Part shown: piece after piece, positions 22,586 through 35,134 of the stretch
Position numbering within the stretch: position 1 is the first letter of the stretch
Layout: every line of letters starts with the position of its first letter
IMG/VR virus record: IMGVR_UViG_3300013902_000267
Reading direction: 5' to 3' (one strand)
From: a virus
Taxonomy: Duplodnaviria > Heunggongvirae > Uroviricota > Caudoviricetes
Length of the DNA stretch: 64,000 nt
Notes under the pieces: model-generated
What the model saw: only the letters and a program-made list of their open reading frames with translations
What the model was told of the DNA's origin: nothing
The model's database searches: none
Position numbers and translations under genes: made by a program

Positions 22586-22905
22586 CCAAAGTTAAGTTTA
22601 ATTAGATGAAGTATGAAATTATTAACACACATCAAATGGCAATACGGCCATTTGATTTTGATTGTAATGGATAATAAATAATGTAAATTGTTAATGTGTT
22701 AATATTATGTATTCATCTTTATTTTTAGAAACAATGGCAATCCTAAAAGGATATATTTATAATAAACAAGATATGATTTAGAATTACTATGATCATATTA
22801 ATGTCAATCAAAAAGAGGAAATAGTTTAATTTTTGTTAAAACTATTTCCTCTTTTTCTTATATAATAATTAATAACTATTTTTTAGAAACATAAATTATT
22901 CTTAA

Positions 22906-24024
22906 ATGACAACAACAAAGAAAACAATATAGATAAAGGCAAATAAATGTTTATTCTTAGCAGATATTCACTTAGGTGTTAGATCTGCATCAGAAGAATG
23001 GCAAGAAAATATATCATCTTATTTTTATAATTGGTTTATTCCTTATGTTAAATCATTAATAGCAAATGATCCTAATTATTTTTTAGCAGTATTAGGAGAT
23101 GTTTATGATGATAGAAAATCTATCGATATTAATGTAAATGATTTAACTATTGATATATTTGAAGATTTAGGTAAATTATTACCTGTTTATATTATCAATG
23201 GAAATCATGATTTATCTAAGAGAACGAATAAAGGTAATACATCATTAAGAAGTTTGGAAAATATTCCTAATGTTACTGTTATAAAAGAACCGACACTTAT
23301 TAAGATTAAACCATCAACTAAAATATTATCAAATATCATTGCGATACCTTATTTAGGTTCACATGAAGAAGAAAACAAAGTATTGCTAGATTATTCAGGA
23401 AAAGCTAATTACGCATGGATGCATACTGATATTTCACAAATGAAATTTGATAATGGCATGACAATTATAGGTGCAGTTGATTCAAATATATTTAAAGGAC
23501 GAATCTTTTCAGGACATATACATAAACGTCAAGAATTAGGAAATGTTATTTATGTAGGCTCGCCTTATCAATTAAGAAGATCAGATATAGGAAATACTAA
23601 AGGAATTTATAAATTAGATTTTTCCAATAATGAATTATCATTTGAAGAAAATGCTTATAGTCCAATATTTCATAAAATAAAAGTTGAAGATTTTTTAAAG
23701 TTATCAGTAAAAGAAAGAGATGAATTTCTTGATAATAATTATAATGATATTATTATAGAAGAATCAGATTTAAGAAAATATAAGTCAGGAACTATTTATG
23801 ACATGGCAAATCTCTCTAATGCAAAGAGAGTTCAGATTATAGTTAATAAGTCACATCATGATTTAGATAATATAGATGATGAAGAATATAAAGAGTTGTC
23901 TATTGAAGAACTTATAAATGAATCAATATCACAATTGGATGTTGATGATGATACTAAAGAAAGATTGAAAAATATAAGTAGGGAAAGACTTAAACAAGCA
24001 GAAAATGAGATGAATGAAGTTTAA
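22906..24024 (+). CDS. sbcD: SbcD/Mre11 (T4 gp47-like) metallophosphoesterase nuclease, 372 aa
   Basis: DIHLG, GDVYD, GNHD, GHIH motifs; needs TAG readthrough at codon 9. Confidence 0.9.
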
Positions 24025-24113
24025 CATAATAAATAAATTAATTATTATAAAGGATATAGCATTTATTTGTTATATCCTTTAATTATAATTAAAAATGTTA
24101 AACAAATAATTAT

Positions 24114-24311
24114 ATGGATAATATAATATTCATAGTAGTATATGTTTTAATAGGATTAATAACATATGGATATTTTTTATATATAACAAAAGATAATGAA
24201 AATATAGATAGAAAATATAAGATAAAAATGTTTATTATTTCATTAATTGCGAGTCCATTGATGATCCTGTTTGAATTATTTCTTTTACTATTAAATAGAT
24301 ATGATTACTAA
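24114..24311 (+). CDS. Small two-TM membrane protein
   Basis: Two hydrophobic stretches. Confidence 0.55.
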   Translation: MDNIIFIVVYVLIGLITYGYFLYITKDNENIDRKYKIKMFIISLIASPLMILFELFLLLLNRYDY

Positions 24312-24314
24312 AAT

Positions 24315-25991
24315 ATGAAGATAGAAAAAATTGAATTTCGTAATTTATTTTCTTATGGTGAGTAGGTATAGGAAATTAATTATGATGATACAGGTAAGTT
24401 AATCCTATTGAAGGGACAAAGTGGCGCTGGAAAGTCAGCCATTCTTTCATTACCATGTTTATTGTTATATGGAAAGTTGGAGAAGGTTCCAAAGACTTCT
24501 ATAGCAAATCGTATTAATAAGAATGGTTGGATGCGAGGAACAATTAAACAAGGTTAGCATACTTATGTGATAGAAAGAAAATTTTCACCCAATGGTGTAA
24601 CTGTTTTTAAAGATAATGAGAATATAGAGAATTACGGTACAAAAGATGCATAGTCATTTATTGATTCTGAAATTATCGATATTCCACAAGCAACTTATTC
24701 AAATATGATTTCTATATCTATGAAGTCGTTTAAGTCATTCCTTAAAATGTCACCAGCAGATCGAAAACAAATCATTGATAGAGTTTTTGATTTGGAAATT
24801 ATTAATGTTGTTTTTGAGAATCTTAAGAAAGATATGAGAGATTTAGGTTCATCTATTAACGCTGATAATTCTACCATATTTTCTTTAAATTAGACTATTC
24901 AAAACGCTAATAATGAGTTAATTCAAATTCAGTAGAAAGTATAGTCAAAAGAAAATCAAGATAAGATATAGGAAAATAATTTAATGATAGAAGAAAATAA
25001 TAAGAAATTAAAAACATTAAATGATGGATATAACCAATATGTTTAGAAACAATAGGAAATATCAAATCAATTTAATGTTATTAAGAATAAGCAAATTGAA
25101 AATTCTGTTAATATAAGATAGATTCAAGAGAAGATAAATCTATTTAAATAGGAAAAGTGTCCAACATGTGGATGTTCATTTTCATCTGAATAGTTTAATG
25201 AATTAAGAGAAAACCTTAATAAGTTAATGCAAGATAAAATGAATATTGATACTACATTACAAGGATAGATGAAGACACTTACTGATAATAGTAAAGTTGT
25301 TACAGATTATCTTAATAAAATTACGTCTGCTGTATCAAAAATTAATTAGAGTATAAATACACTTAATTCCGAAAATCTTGTGATACAAGAGAAATTAAAG
25401 TCTAATTCTGAATATAAAGCTGTATAGAATATTATAAAGAAAACAACAGATCAACTTAATGTAATTAAGAAAAGTATTGAAGATAAAAATCAATAGATGT
25501 TGGATTTACAGAATTTATCATTAGTTTATTCTATAGATGGTGTAAAACAAAAGGTAATTAATAATTATCTGCCTTTATTAAATAAAGAGATAGAAGATAA
25601 TCTTATATTATTAAATGTTCCTTATGGATTAGAATTTGATAGTAAGTTTGATCCTCATCTTAAAGATTTAGGAAATGAATTAGATCCAGTTACATTAAGT
25701 GACGGTGAGATGACACGTGTAGATATTGTTGTATTATGTAGTTTGTTTAAGTTACTTAAGCGCAGATACCCATCTATTAATACATTTACGTTAGATGAAG
25801 TAATATCTACATTGGATAACTCAAATTCTGGAGCTGTATTGGAATTCCTTAAGAATTTTGCAAAAGACAATAAGTTGAATTGCTTTGTTGTTTCACACAC
25901 TGATTTATACCTTGAGAATTTTGATGAGATAATAGAGGTTGAGAAACATAATGGGTTTTCTAGATTTTCTGTTATGTTAACTTCACAATAA
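24315..25991 (+). CDS. sbcC: SbcC/Rad50 (T4 gp46-like) ATPase, 558 aa
   Basis: Walker A GQSGAGKS, CPTC hook, LSDGE signature, LDE Walker B; many TAGs. Confidence 0.9.
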
Positions 25992-26086
25992 AATAAAAAT
26001 GTGAAAAGAATAATTACTATAAGTTATTCTTTTCACATTAATTATTTTTTAACAGAAAACATATAATTTGATAAATTTATTTTCTA

Positions 26087-26512
26087 TCATCTATCATATT
26101 TTCCACCAAAAATTTTTGACATATATTCACATAAACTTGCATATAAATCTGCATTTGGTGATTTTACTTGTTTATATGTAAAGAAATAATATTCATTTTT
26201 TTCTACTAATATATTATTTAATTTTCTTAAAAAATTAATATTAGTATCAGGTGAAACTGTTATTACCCATGCGGTAAATTCATCAAAGTAATATACTCCT
26301 TTTACACGATTTCTTAAAAATTCCTCATATTCTTCAAATGTATTATTTGAAATTAAATATATATAATCGTCTTTACTTGTTTCTTTACATAAATATGTTG
26401 CTTCGTTCTCATCATCTTCATCAACATAATCTTCATTAAGTTTTCCTTTTACTGTTTTAGAAATACTTTTCATTATTGACTCATAAAGTCTTTTCTTTTG
26501 TATTTTATCCAT
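26087..26512 (-). CDS. Hypothetical protein with N-terminal LYES/LNED
   Basis: Track ORF; ATAAATA upstream; convergent terminator near 26000-26040. Confidence 0.7.
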   Translation of the reverse strand: MDKIQKKRLYESIMKSISKTVKGKLNEDYVDEDDENEATYLCKETSKDDYIYLISNNTFEEYEEFLRNRVKGVYYFDEFTAWVITVSPDTNINFLRKLNNILVEKNEYYFFTYKQVKSPNADLYASLCEYMSKIFGGKYDR

Positions 26513-26811
26513 AATAAAATTTATATTTTTATTATTTATTATTGAAATATAAATTTAAAAATATTACTTACTATACAATATATTATTTTACATAACTATA
26601 TTTTATTTTTCTTCTTTTAATTTCCAACACCAACAACCATGATCATTTGCATATGTATGTCCGAATAAACCTGATTTACATTCATTCCAATTTTCATCAG
26701 GGTTATAGAAAATACAATTCTTACAATAACGCTGGATATAATTATTCTCTTCCATTTATTAAAAATTTATTTTTATTACTATATTTATTTTTTTATTCCA
26801 AATATTATGTG

Positions 26812-26819
26812 TATCTTTG
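26812..26819 (+). promoter_or_regulatory. Bacteroidetes -7 promoter element TATCTTTG
   Basis: TAnnTTTG before the ATG at 26856. Confidence 0.75.
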
Positions 26820-26855
26820 TATCGTTAATAAAACAATAAACAATTAAAAATAAAA

Positions 26856-27176
26856 ATGAATATGAAAAAGATTAGTTCAAATGCAGTTCATAACTTTACT
26901 GTTCGTCTTCGTGTTGTTTCTGAATTTATCGACGACCAGAGAATTTCTGATGTACGTAAAGTAATGAGTACACAGTTGATTTTACCGCTTGGTACAGATA
27001 ATACTGTATTGAAGAGAGCATACGCATATAATAATGATAAGGACGAAATTAATTTTAAGATTTGGTTCTTGAATACTGTTAAGCAGTGTTGCCCATCAGA
27101 TATGAGTATTTCTTTTGATGACGCTATGGAGATGACATGGTGTATGTTGCTTCAAGCATGTGGTATAATTTATTAA
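26856..27176 (+). CDS. Hypothetical early protein
   Basis: Track ORF. Confidence 0.7.
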   Translation: MNMKKISSNAVHNFTVRLRVVSEFIDDQRISDVRKVMSTQLILPLGTDNTVLKRAYAYNNDKDEINFKIWFLNTVKQCCPSDMSISFDDAMEMTWCMLLQACGIIY

Positions 27177-27198
27177 TCTTTAAAAAATAGAATACATC

Positions 27199-27729
27199 AT
27201 GGAATATAAGAATAAGAAAATTCGTATTGTACGTAAACAAAAGGATGGAATTACTCTTCGCGTAAAGGGTAATGAAGTTAAATTCTCATGGGAGGAATTT
27301 AATTCTGGATATAATATTGTTGATAACGTTTATGCTGTTATGAATGATACTATGGTTGAGCGTATGAATAAATTGGATGATTTGATTTCTACTGCAACCA
27401 CTGCATTTTTCATTGTTCAGAATTCTGTTCCTGATATTAAGCAATTGAGTTACGCAGCTGTTCTTACAAATACAATTGAGGAAATTCAGAAACTTCTTAA
27501 TTGTACAGGACTTGAAGCTATCCAACTTGTTCGTAAGAATATTGATTCAATGAATAGTATGTTCAAATCAGATAAGTCTTCACATACACGTGAATATTAT
27601 AAGAAGCAAAAAATGGAAATGAATAGAGATAAATTTCCAAAGCGTGTAGAAACGCCAGTGAATTCAACATCATGTGTATTAGAAGATAATCCTGCATTGC
27701 TGAAGTTGAAAGAGAAAATGTGTTCATAA
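27199..27729 (+). CDS. Hypothetical protein
   Basis: Track ORF followed by a hairpin terminator. Confidence 0.7.
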   Translation: MEYKNKKIRIVRKQKDGITLRVKGNEVKFSWEEFNSGYNIVDNVYAVMNDTMVERMNKLDDLISTATTAFFIVQNSVPDIKQLSYAAVLTNTIEEIQKLLNCTGLEAIQLVRKNIDSMNSMFKSDKSSHTREYYKKQKMEMNRDKFPKRVETPVNSTSCVLEDNPALLKLKEKMCS

Positions 27730-27888
27730 TAAATAATATTTTTAATTGTTAGACTGAAGTGAGATTAGATAATATTTTTAATCTCACTTTTCTTTTAATT
27801 CGTTTAACATTTATTAATATCATGATTATAAACAATAAATGTAATACTTTGTATACTATATAAATTTTATTTTTAATTTAAATTTAAT

Positions 27889-28371
27889 ATGGTAAAGAAA
27901 TACGACGAAAATGCATATGTGGAGTTGATGAATACACTTAATAAACATATTGATGGTGGAAATTCACTTCCTGTATTTACAAAGATGATTAATGAAGTAA
28001 ATGAACAATTTCCTGGTTTGAAGGATAATTTTATTCATGATATGGGAAAGTTCTTGACACATTGGTTTGAACTTGTTAATGATTGTAAATCATGTTCATT
28101 GAAGCTTCAGGCAAAGATTTTGAGTATTGATACAATTTCAGAATATAGCGATTTTAATAGATTTGTTTCTTTTTGTTATGATGTAATAGATCAAACAATT
28201 AATCCACATACAAATAGATTATATGCATCTGACTTGACTAGTTATCTTGCATGCATTGTTAAAGCTGTTATTCAGACGACACGTAGAGCAAAGGGATTGG
28301 ACTTAAACAGTAAGAAGTATGGCAACACAACTAAGGATGACACAACAGCAACTGGAACAGCTGAAGCATAA
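27889..28371 (+). CDS. Hypothetical protein
   Basis: Track ORF. Confidence 0.7.
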   Translation: MVKKYDENAYVELMNTLNKHIDGGNSLPVFTKMINEVNEQFPGLKDNFIHDMGKFLTHWFELVNDCKSCSLKLQAKILSIDTISEYSDFNRFVSFCYDVIDQTINPHTNRLYASDLTSYLACIVKAVIQTTRRAKGLDLNSKKYGNTTKDDTTATGTAEA

Positions 28372-28609
28372 AAATATTAGTAATTTTCCAAATGGTGTTG
28401 TACGATTAATTAAAAGGAATAATAATGAGTTTCTTGTAGTAAACATATTTAAATTATGTAATATAAGTGGATGTACTCGTGCAGAATTTTTAGATTTTAT
28501 TATGCAATATGAAAAGATAGGATGGAAGTTCTATACGAGTTTTTCACAATATGTTTATTTTAAGAAGAAACAAACATTAATAGAAAAAATTAAAAATATA
28601 TTCAAATAA
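28319..28609 (+). CDS. Hypothetical protein (start uncertain)
   Basis: Track ORF overlapping the previous gene. Confidence 0.55.
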   Translation: MATQLRMTQQQLEQLKHKNISNFPNGVVRLIKRNNNEFLVVNIFKLCNISGCTRAEFLDFIMQYEKIGWKFYTSFSQYVYFKKKQTLIEKIKNIFK

Positions 28610-28695
28610 AGTAGACAATTTGAATTATTTTTAATATAGTTTAAAGATTTTTGAATAAAGATTTTTTAGTAACAAATATTTAATGTAATTTTGTA

Positions 28696-29361
28696 ATGAA
28701 TAAGACAAAGAAGAATGAGTTTAAGCCTGAGTATAAGTACGAAACGCTTACAGGCAAGTTTACTGATTATCGTGGAATGGTACGTGATTTTACAATGGTT
28801 GCAGTTTCAATTCCCATGAAGAATGATGATGCAGTTGTAACACGTCCAATTGAAGTTGAAGATGAATATGAGATTCCTTCAAAGAATGTATTGGACCCAG
28901 AAACAGGACAGATCGTTTATGTACCTGAGTCTACTGAGAAGTTTGTAGATGAGTATGATGAGCTTCTTGCACCTATTACTAAGATGCTTTCCGTTGGTGT
29001 TGCAACACGTTGTGTACGAGATACACATGATGCAGACCTAGGTGTTCGAATTGCATATGGTAAGGCATTGAAACTTTGGGACCATACATTGTATGTTTCA
29101 CATCCTGGTATGATTAATACAAAGATGGTTAAGGCATTGCTTGAGCAAGAAGCAGAGCATTTTAAGAAGGACCCAGGTTCTTATCTTGTAGGATATAATG
29201 ATGCTAAGGCACGTTATGCAAAGGATGGTAAGATTGCAGAGGTCGAGATGACAGATGAGGAGATTGCTGATACAAAGAAATCAGAAAAGAAGAATTTTCC
29301 AGTTAAAGCAACAGATGTAAAGAAGAAGTTTTTGAAGGAAGCTGATGAGAATCAGAAGTAA
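28696..29361 (+). CDS. Hypothetical protein
   Basis: Track ORF followed by a hairpin terminator. Confidence 0.75.
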   Translation: MNKTKKNEFKPEYKYETLTGKFTDYRGMVRDFTMVAVSIPMKNDDAVVTRPIEVEDEYEIPSKNVLDPETGQIVYVPESTEKFVDEYDELLAPITKMLSVGVATRCVRDTHDADLGVRIAYGKALKLWDHTLYVSHPGMINTKMVKALLEQEAEHFKKDPGSYLVGYNDAKARYAKDGKIAEVEMTDEEIADTKKSEKKNFPVKATDVKKKFLKEADENQK

Positions 29362-29505
29362 TAATAAAAACATATTAAATAAATAATTTTACGATAGTCA
29401 TAGGTGATAGAGTTCTTCTATTACTTATGACTATTTTTACATATATAAATATTAACTAAGATAAATGATAACATAAAATATTAATAATTTTAAATAATAA
29501 ACATT

Positions 29506-30048
29506 ATGGATAATGAAGTTTTAACATTAATGAATATGCTTAATGATAAGTATGTTCATGTATATAGAGATGAAAATAATAATATTATAGTAGATGGATC
29601 TATTATAATATTTGATAAGCAATATGATGAGTTTCCTGTAAAGATTCATCAGATAAATGGTTCTATTAATTGGTATGGTAATATATCGGATGATTCACAT
29701 GGTTCATTGAAATCGTTAAAGAATTTTCCTGATATTGTAAATGGAAATGTATATATATTTAATAATCCTAAATTAACATCATTAGATGAATGTCCAAAAG
29801 AAATTTTAGGTTCATTGGTATGTGATCATTGTAATATTTCTGATATATCAGGAATTGCGAAGAGGATCAATAATTGCTTTATTGCTTCACATAATCCCAT
29901 TTCTGATATTAGCGTATTAGAAAATGTAAATATTGGAGGTAATATAGAGTTAATAGATACAATATGGAGTAAAACACATAAAGAAGATACATCTATTAAA
30001 GATTCATCTGTTATCGTACATGAAGATAATACACCTAAATTATTTTAA
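29506..30048 (+). CDS. LRR-like repeat protein (LTSL..CP..I.G type)
   Basis: SLKNFPDIVNGN / LTSLDECPKEILGS repeats, similar to the 742-1455 product. Confidence 0.7.
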   Translation: MDNEVLTLMNMLNDKYVHVYRDENNNIIVDGSIIIFDKQYDEFPVKIHQINGSINWYGNISDDSHGSLKSLKNFPDIVNGNVYIFNNPKLTSLDECPKEILGSLVCDHCNISDISGIAKRINNCFIASHNPISDISVLENVNIGGNIELIDTIWSKTHKEDTSIKDSSVIVHEDNTPKLF

Positions 30049-30091
30049 CAATTTATAATAAATAATTTAAATTTATTATAAATGAGTTATT

Positions 30092-30730
30092 GTGCATACA
30101 TTTGATGAAGTCTTTGATGACGAATTTTATAATATAATAGATGAAAGCTATGATGATAGTATATACAATATAATAAAACCTAAATTTGGTGATTTAGTTG
30201 TATATAATTATGAAACAAAATAGTTTGATACGATGTCTAAAGAAAGATGTGGTATTGAAGATGATAAAGCTATAGTAGGTATAGTTGTTTAGGTAAATGA
30301 TGATATGACGATGGATGTATTAATGAAGAATTATTTGACAACTGAATCTTTATTAATACCGTATAGATATGTATAGAATCCTGGTTTTATACCTGCATAT
30401 TTAAAAGATATGTTTGATAGATATTGTAATAAATATTAGAGAACATCTGTTATAGATTTAAGTTCATTTAGGTATAAAATTCCTTAGATTGCTCTATTAG
30501 ATTTTGTTAATAAAAATTTATATACATTATTAGATATTATTAAAACAATATGGGGCGATGATAGACATGATTAGTTTATAGAAAGACTTTATAAACATGG
30601 ATTATTATCGCAACATAAAGGGAAATATTATCGATGGATTCCTAAAATAAATGAAAAACGAAAAATAGAGAATCTTTTAGGATTAACAAGAATTGAATTT
30701 TTACCAGTGTTCACATTAAAATACAATTAA
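30092..30730 (+). CDS. Hypothetical protein, ~212 aa (GTG start)
   Basis: Open frame with TAG=Gln; start uncertain. Confidence 0.6.
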
Positions 30731-30740
30731 CTTAATTTAA

Positions 30741-31427
30741 ATGGAAGAAATGTAGGATAATAATATACATAAAAATCTTTATAATAAAACAAGAGAATAT
30801 GACATACGTGGTATTATGATACCATGTATAGGAGATATTTTATATTATGATACAGTAGATATGCAAGCTATCATTTAGGAAGTTAATGATGACAGATATA
30901 TAAATCCTAGATTTTTACCAATTGGTGTTATTGCTGATATATCAACAGATTTAAAAACAATAAAACTTATAACTCCATATCTTATTAAAGTTTCATTAGA
31001 CATGAATGAAAGAATATCTGAGAAGAATATAATGAAAGAACTTAAATCTTTTGTTCGGACATATACAAAGGATTTATTTAAGGAAGATATAGAAGATATG
31101 AAGTTTAATATTGCCACTACTGCAGATTTACAATTATTAATTAATAATTCTGATGCAGTATTAAAAGGAATAGATTATTTCAATAAACTTAATGTTCCTG
31201 AAAATTTAGATATAAAAGAATTAATATCAGATGGAATTCTTATATATGATAATAAAGGAAACATAAAACTCACATATGGCATTAAAGATAATTTTCATAT
31301 GGAATATAATAAGAAAGATGATGATACTGCATGGAATAATGTTAAGACATTAAAAGATTTTAAAGAAACTAATATGGAAATATTAGATTGTTATATTATT
31401 CCAATGGCAACAATTAAATTAGATTAA
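30741..31427 (+). CDS. Hypothetical protein, 228 aa
   Basis: Track ORF 31002-31427 extends to ATG 30741 through 2 TAGs. Confidence 0.7.
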
Positions 31428-31531
31428 TATAAATATGAGATTATTACTTTAATGTAGTAATCTCTTTTTAATTTATAAACTTTATCTATTATTTTATCTA
31501 TAAAATTATAATAAACTATATTTAACAATAT

Positions 31532-32377
31532 ATGAAAGATATAAGGAAAATTATTGAAGATAAGAATAATTAGATAAAGCAAGAATATAAAGGTTGTGTA
31601 TCTGTTTCAAAACTTTGTAATGAATATATAAAGAAAAAATTTGATGATCAAGTGCAAGCAGAAATATGTGCTAAGAAAGGTTTGAATGATCCGAATTATA
31701 AATATGCTGGTATGGATGCAACTCAAATTCTGGAAGCATGGCATGCAAAATCATCTGAATCAAAAAGGTATGGTTCACTTCTTGATGATTATGCAGGGAT
31801 GAATCTTAATAATGAAACAGATAAATTAGAATTATGGAAATTAGATAATGGTTATGATTATGATGATAGATTGAAATCTATTTGTAAAGGATTTGATGAT
31901 TTTTATAATTATATATTAACAAAGACAAATTATAAGTATGTAGCAAGAGAATTACCATTATATTGCAAGACACCAAAAGATGGATTAATTAATGGTAGAT
32001 TTGATTGTTTATTCTATGACGAGAATACCGATGCATATATTATTATAGATTGGAAAACAACGGATGGAATAACGACATCATCTAAATACGGAAAGAAACT
32101 TCAAGGACCTGCATATATGTTAGATGAATGTGATATGAATACATATACAATTCAATTACATATTTATAAGAAAGCATTGGTTGAAACATATGGATTATCT
32201 TCATATGATAAGATAAGTGTTTATGTATGTAACTTACTTAAACAACCAAATGAACAAGGATTAAATTTTAAATTATTTAAACAAAATTTTGATTTTGATG
32301 TTAATAGATTAAATTCATTTATTGATTTTGGAAATCAAAAGTTTAAGTTAATGAAAACAATTCAAGAATCATGTTAG
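31532..32377 (+). CDS. PD-(D/E)xK exonuclease (RecB/Cas4-like fold), 281 aa
   Basis: GRFDCL..IIDWKT and Y..QL..Y; one TAG at codon 14. Confidence 0.8.
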
Positions 32378-33081
32378 AAGAATCAAACAGTATAATTGAT
32401 ATATTATCTACAAATGATAATGATGTTATTTTAAATAAAGCAAAAGAGTATATATTTAAAGTATTTCATAATAATGATATTAATCCACATAATTTATTTT
32501 GTGGGTGGTTTTTATTTACAAAGACATGTAAACATTATTTTGTTGATTATACTTGGAAAGAACCAATACAAAATAAAATATTAAAATTTTTTAATATTAA
32601 AATTAATGAGCATTCATATATTGATGACGAATTAACAAAAATGTTTTGTATATATGTATATTCTCTTAAGTATAAAAGAAAAATAACAGATTATGATAGA
32701 TTGACCCCAATTGCTGAGACTCTTTCTAATCTGTTGATTAGAACAGAAGAGACTTACTATGGAATAAGAAAATTACTTAGAGATTTATGTTTAGGTTTAA
32801 TATGTAAACCAAAAGGAATAACAACATATAATGTTATCGAACATTATGAAGATATGATTACTTATAAATTAAATAATGTTGCATATCATTGTTATAGTTG
32901 TAAATTAGATGTAAAAGTAGATAATGAACAAAATAAATTAATAGTGAATATTAACTTTATTAAAACAGATACATATTCTAGATATATGAATTTATTTGAA
33001 CAAGTGGAACCATTATTTAATTTATTGCAAGAAGATTTAGCATATTTTAATACATATGGATATTTCTATGACATGAAATAA
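32371..33081 (+). CDS. Hypothetical protein
   Basis: Track ORF. Confidence 0.7.
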   Translation: MLEESNSIIDILSTNDNDVILNKAKEYIFKVFHNNDINPHNLFCGWFLFTKTCKHYFVDYTWKEPIQNKILKFFNIKINEHSYIDDELTKMFCIYVYSLKYKRKITDYDRLTPIAETLSNLLIRTEETYYGIRKLLRDLCLGLICKPKGITTYNVIEHYEDMITYKLNNVAYHCYSCKLDVKVDNEQNKLIVNINFIKTDTYSRYMNLFEQVEPLFNLLQEDLAYFNTYGYFYDMK

Positions 33082-33114
33082 ATAATGTAAATATCAAATT
33101 GTTTATTTGAAATT

Positions 33115-34551
33115 ATGATAATTAAATCACTATATGAATCATTGGTAAATTGTTTGAATGAAGCACGTGTTTAGAGAACTATAGATAAGAAACTTTGGTT
33201 AAGTATAGCATCTACATGTTCACGAAATAAATCAACTGAAGCTGAAAATATTAAACCACGATCAACATAGACGAAAGAATAGTTGTTACCGAGATATGTA
33301 GCTGCTCTTCTTATAATGAAGAAGCAATGTCCAGAAAATGAATAGGATATTGATGATATAAAGACATTTAAATTAGTCGGTAAACGTTTACTATAGTTAG
33401 GTTGCACAATAGATGAAATAAAGCAAGAGTATATTAATAACGGAGGTAAATTAGTTACTAATACAATTAATGTAAATTCTTAGAAAACTACATAGGTTAA
33501 TCAAAAACTTAATCAAGAAGTAAAGAAAGAAGATTAGGTTAAAGTTGATAAAACAAAAGAAGTAAAGAATTAGAAACCAAAGGTATAGAAACAATTACCG
33601 CCAGGTATTAAATCTTATGATGAAGTATATGATTTTGTAAAACGTTCATATAATGATTTATATGAAATCTGCAGTGAAATATATGATATTCTTGATATGA
33701 CATATTTTACATTAAAGAAATCTTTTTATAAGATAGAAACTCCTAAATATAAATTGTATTTCAGAGATGTTACAACAGATGAGAATCAGAAACTTTATTA
33801 CAATGATAAACATTGTGTTTATATAACATGGATAAAAATTGTTAAAACTAAAGTAGTTGAAGGTACATTTTGTATATTAACTAATAATATGACAATTAAT
33901 GATGACCCTATTGGTAATACTATATAGTTAGATGATAATACAGTAATTACTAAACAATAGTTATATGAAATATGTTTAACTATATTAGCAAAATTAAGAT
34001 ATGCTACATAGAGTAATTATAATAATCCATTATTACCTAAAATAAAAGAGAAAACAACTTCATTCGGTATATTTGGAAATAAATCACGTGATTTTAATTC
34101 TATAATAGATAAAGGTGAAATTGAAAAGATATTACCATTTGTAATTAAGAAATATAATACCATGAAAAAATGTAATGATATTCTTGAATTATTTTTATAT
34201 AAAGCAAGGATGGGTAATAGAAATAGTGGTAAAGTATTAGAATTAGATGAACCTATATATACAGGTAAATTCTTTAATTCATAGGAAACTTTTGATTTGA
34301 TTGGATATGGCTTTAAACCAGCCGCATAGTTTATTATTCAATTTAAGTATGATGATAAATATACGACACAAATAATATATGGATATGAAGCTAGAGAATA
34401 TGGACCTCCAGCAAATATTGCATCGTATTATACATCTAACAAAGATTTTTCAGCATATAGGGTAGATATGAAAGAATTACAAAAAGCTTTATGGTATACT
34501 ATAGCTGTTTTATTATATTATAAAAATAATTATAGTAATGTAATTAAATAA
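33115..34551 (+). CDS. Hypothetical protein, 478 aa, N-terminal LYES..LNEA
   Basis: Open frame only with TAG=Gln; ATAAATA upstream; ends at a terminator. Confidence 0.75.
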
Positions 34552-34590
34552 AATAAAGGATAGAGAAATACATCTCTATCCTTTTATATT

Positions 34591-35046
34591 TTAAATACCA
34601 ACAAAAACTAATTGATTTTTCTTTTGTATATTTTTTGTATGATTTACACTTATATGAATCCACTTGGGACCTAATTTTTTATTACCATATTCCCAAATAA
34701 TCTATCTACATGAAATCTTACCTTTATTCTTTAAGGTGATAATTAAATCCCATAATTTTTTGTTATCTTCATATGTGTTAGAAACTGTATGTATATCAGC
34801 AGCAGCACCAAATAAATGATCCGAATTTCTTGCGCCACCAACCTTTGAATTTAACTATGAACAACGGTAACCAGAACTTATGATAATAGGTTTACCATAT
34901 GCTTCACGTATAGGTTGTAAAATTTTAGTTGCAAGATTTTTTAAATTGGTTAATTCCAATTGATTTGGATTATTTTTAATTCCACATTTATTAGCTGTAT
35001 CTGATTTGATAAGTTCCTCTAAAGAAAAATTATTACTTAATTTCAT
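34591..35046 (-). CDS. Peptidase M15 family endolysin, 151 aa
   Basis: NFSLEEL, SSGYRC, SDH..G.AAD, WIH; two TAGs. Confidence 0.85.
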
Positions 35047-35134
35047 AATATATAATTTATATATTTAAATATTTATTAATAATCTATATTTATAAAAATA
35101 GACTAAAAAGAATATACATTGTATAAATGTTAAT

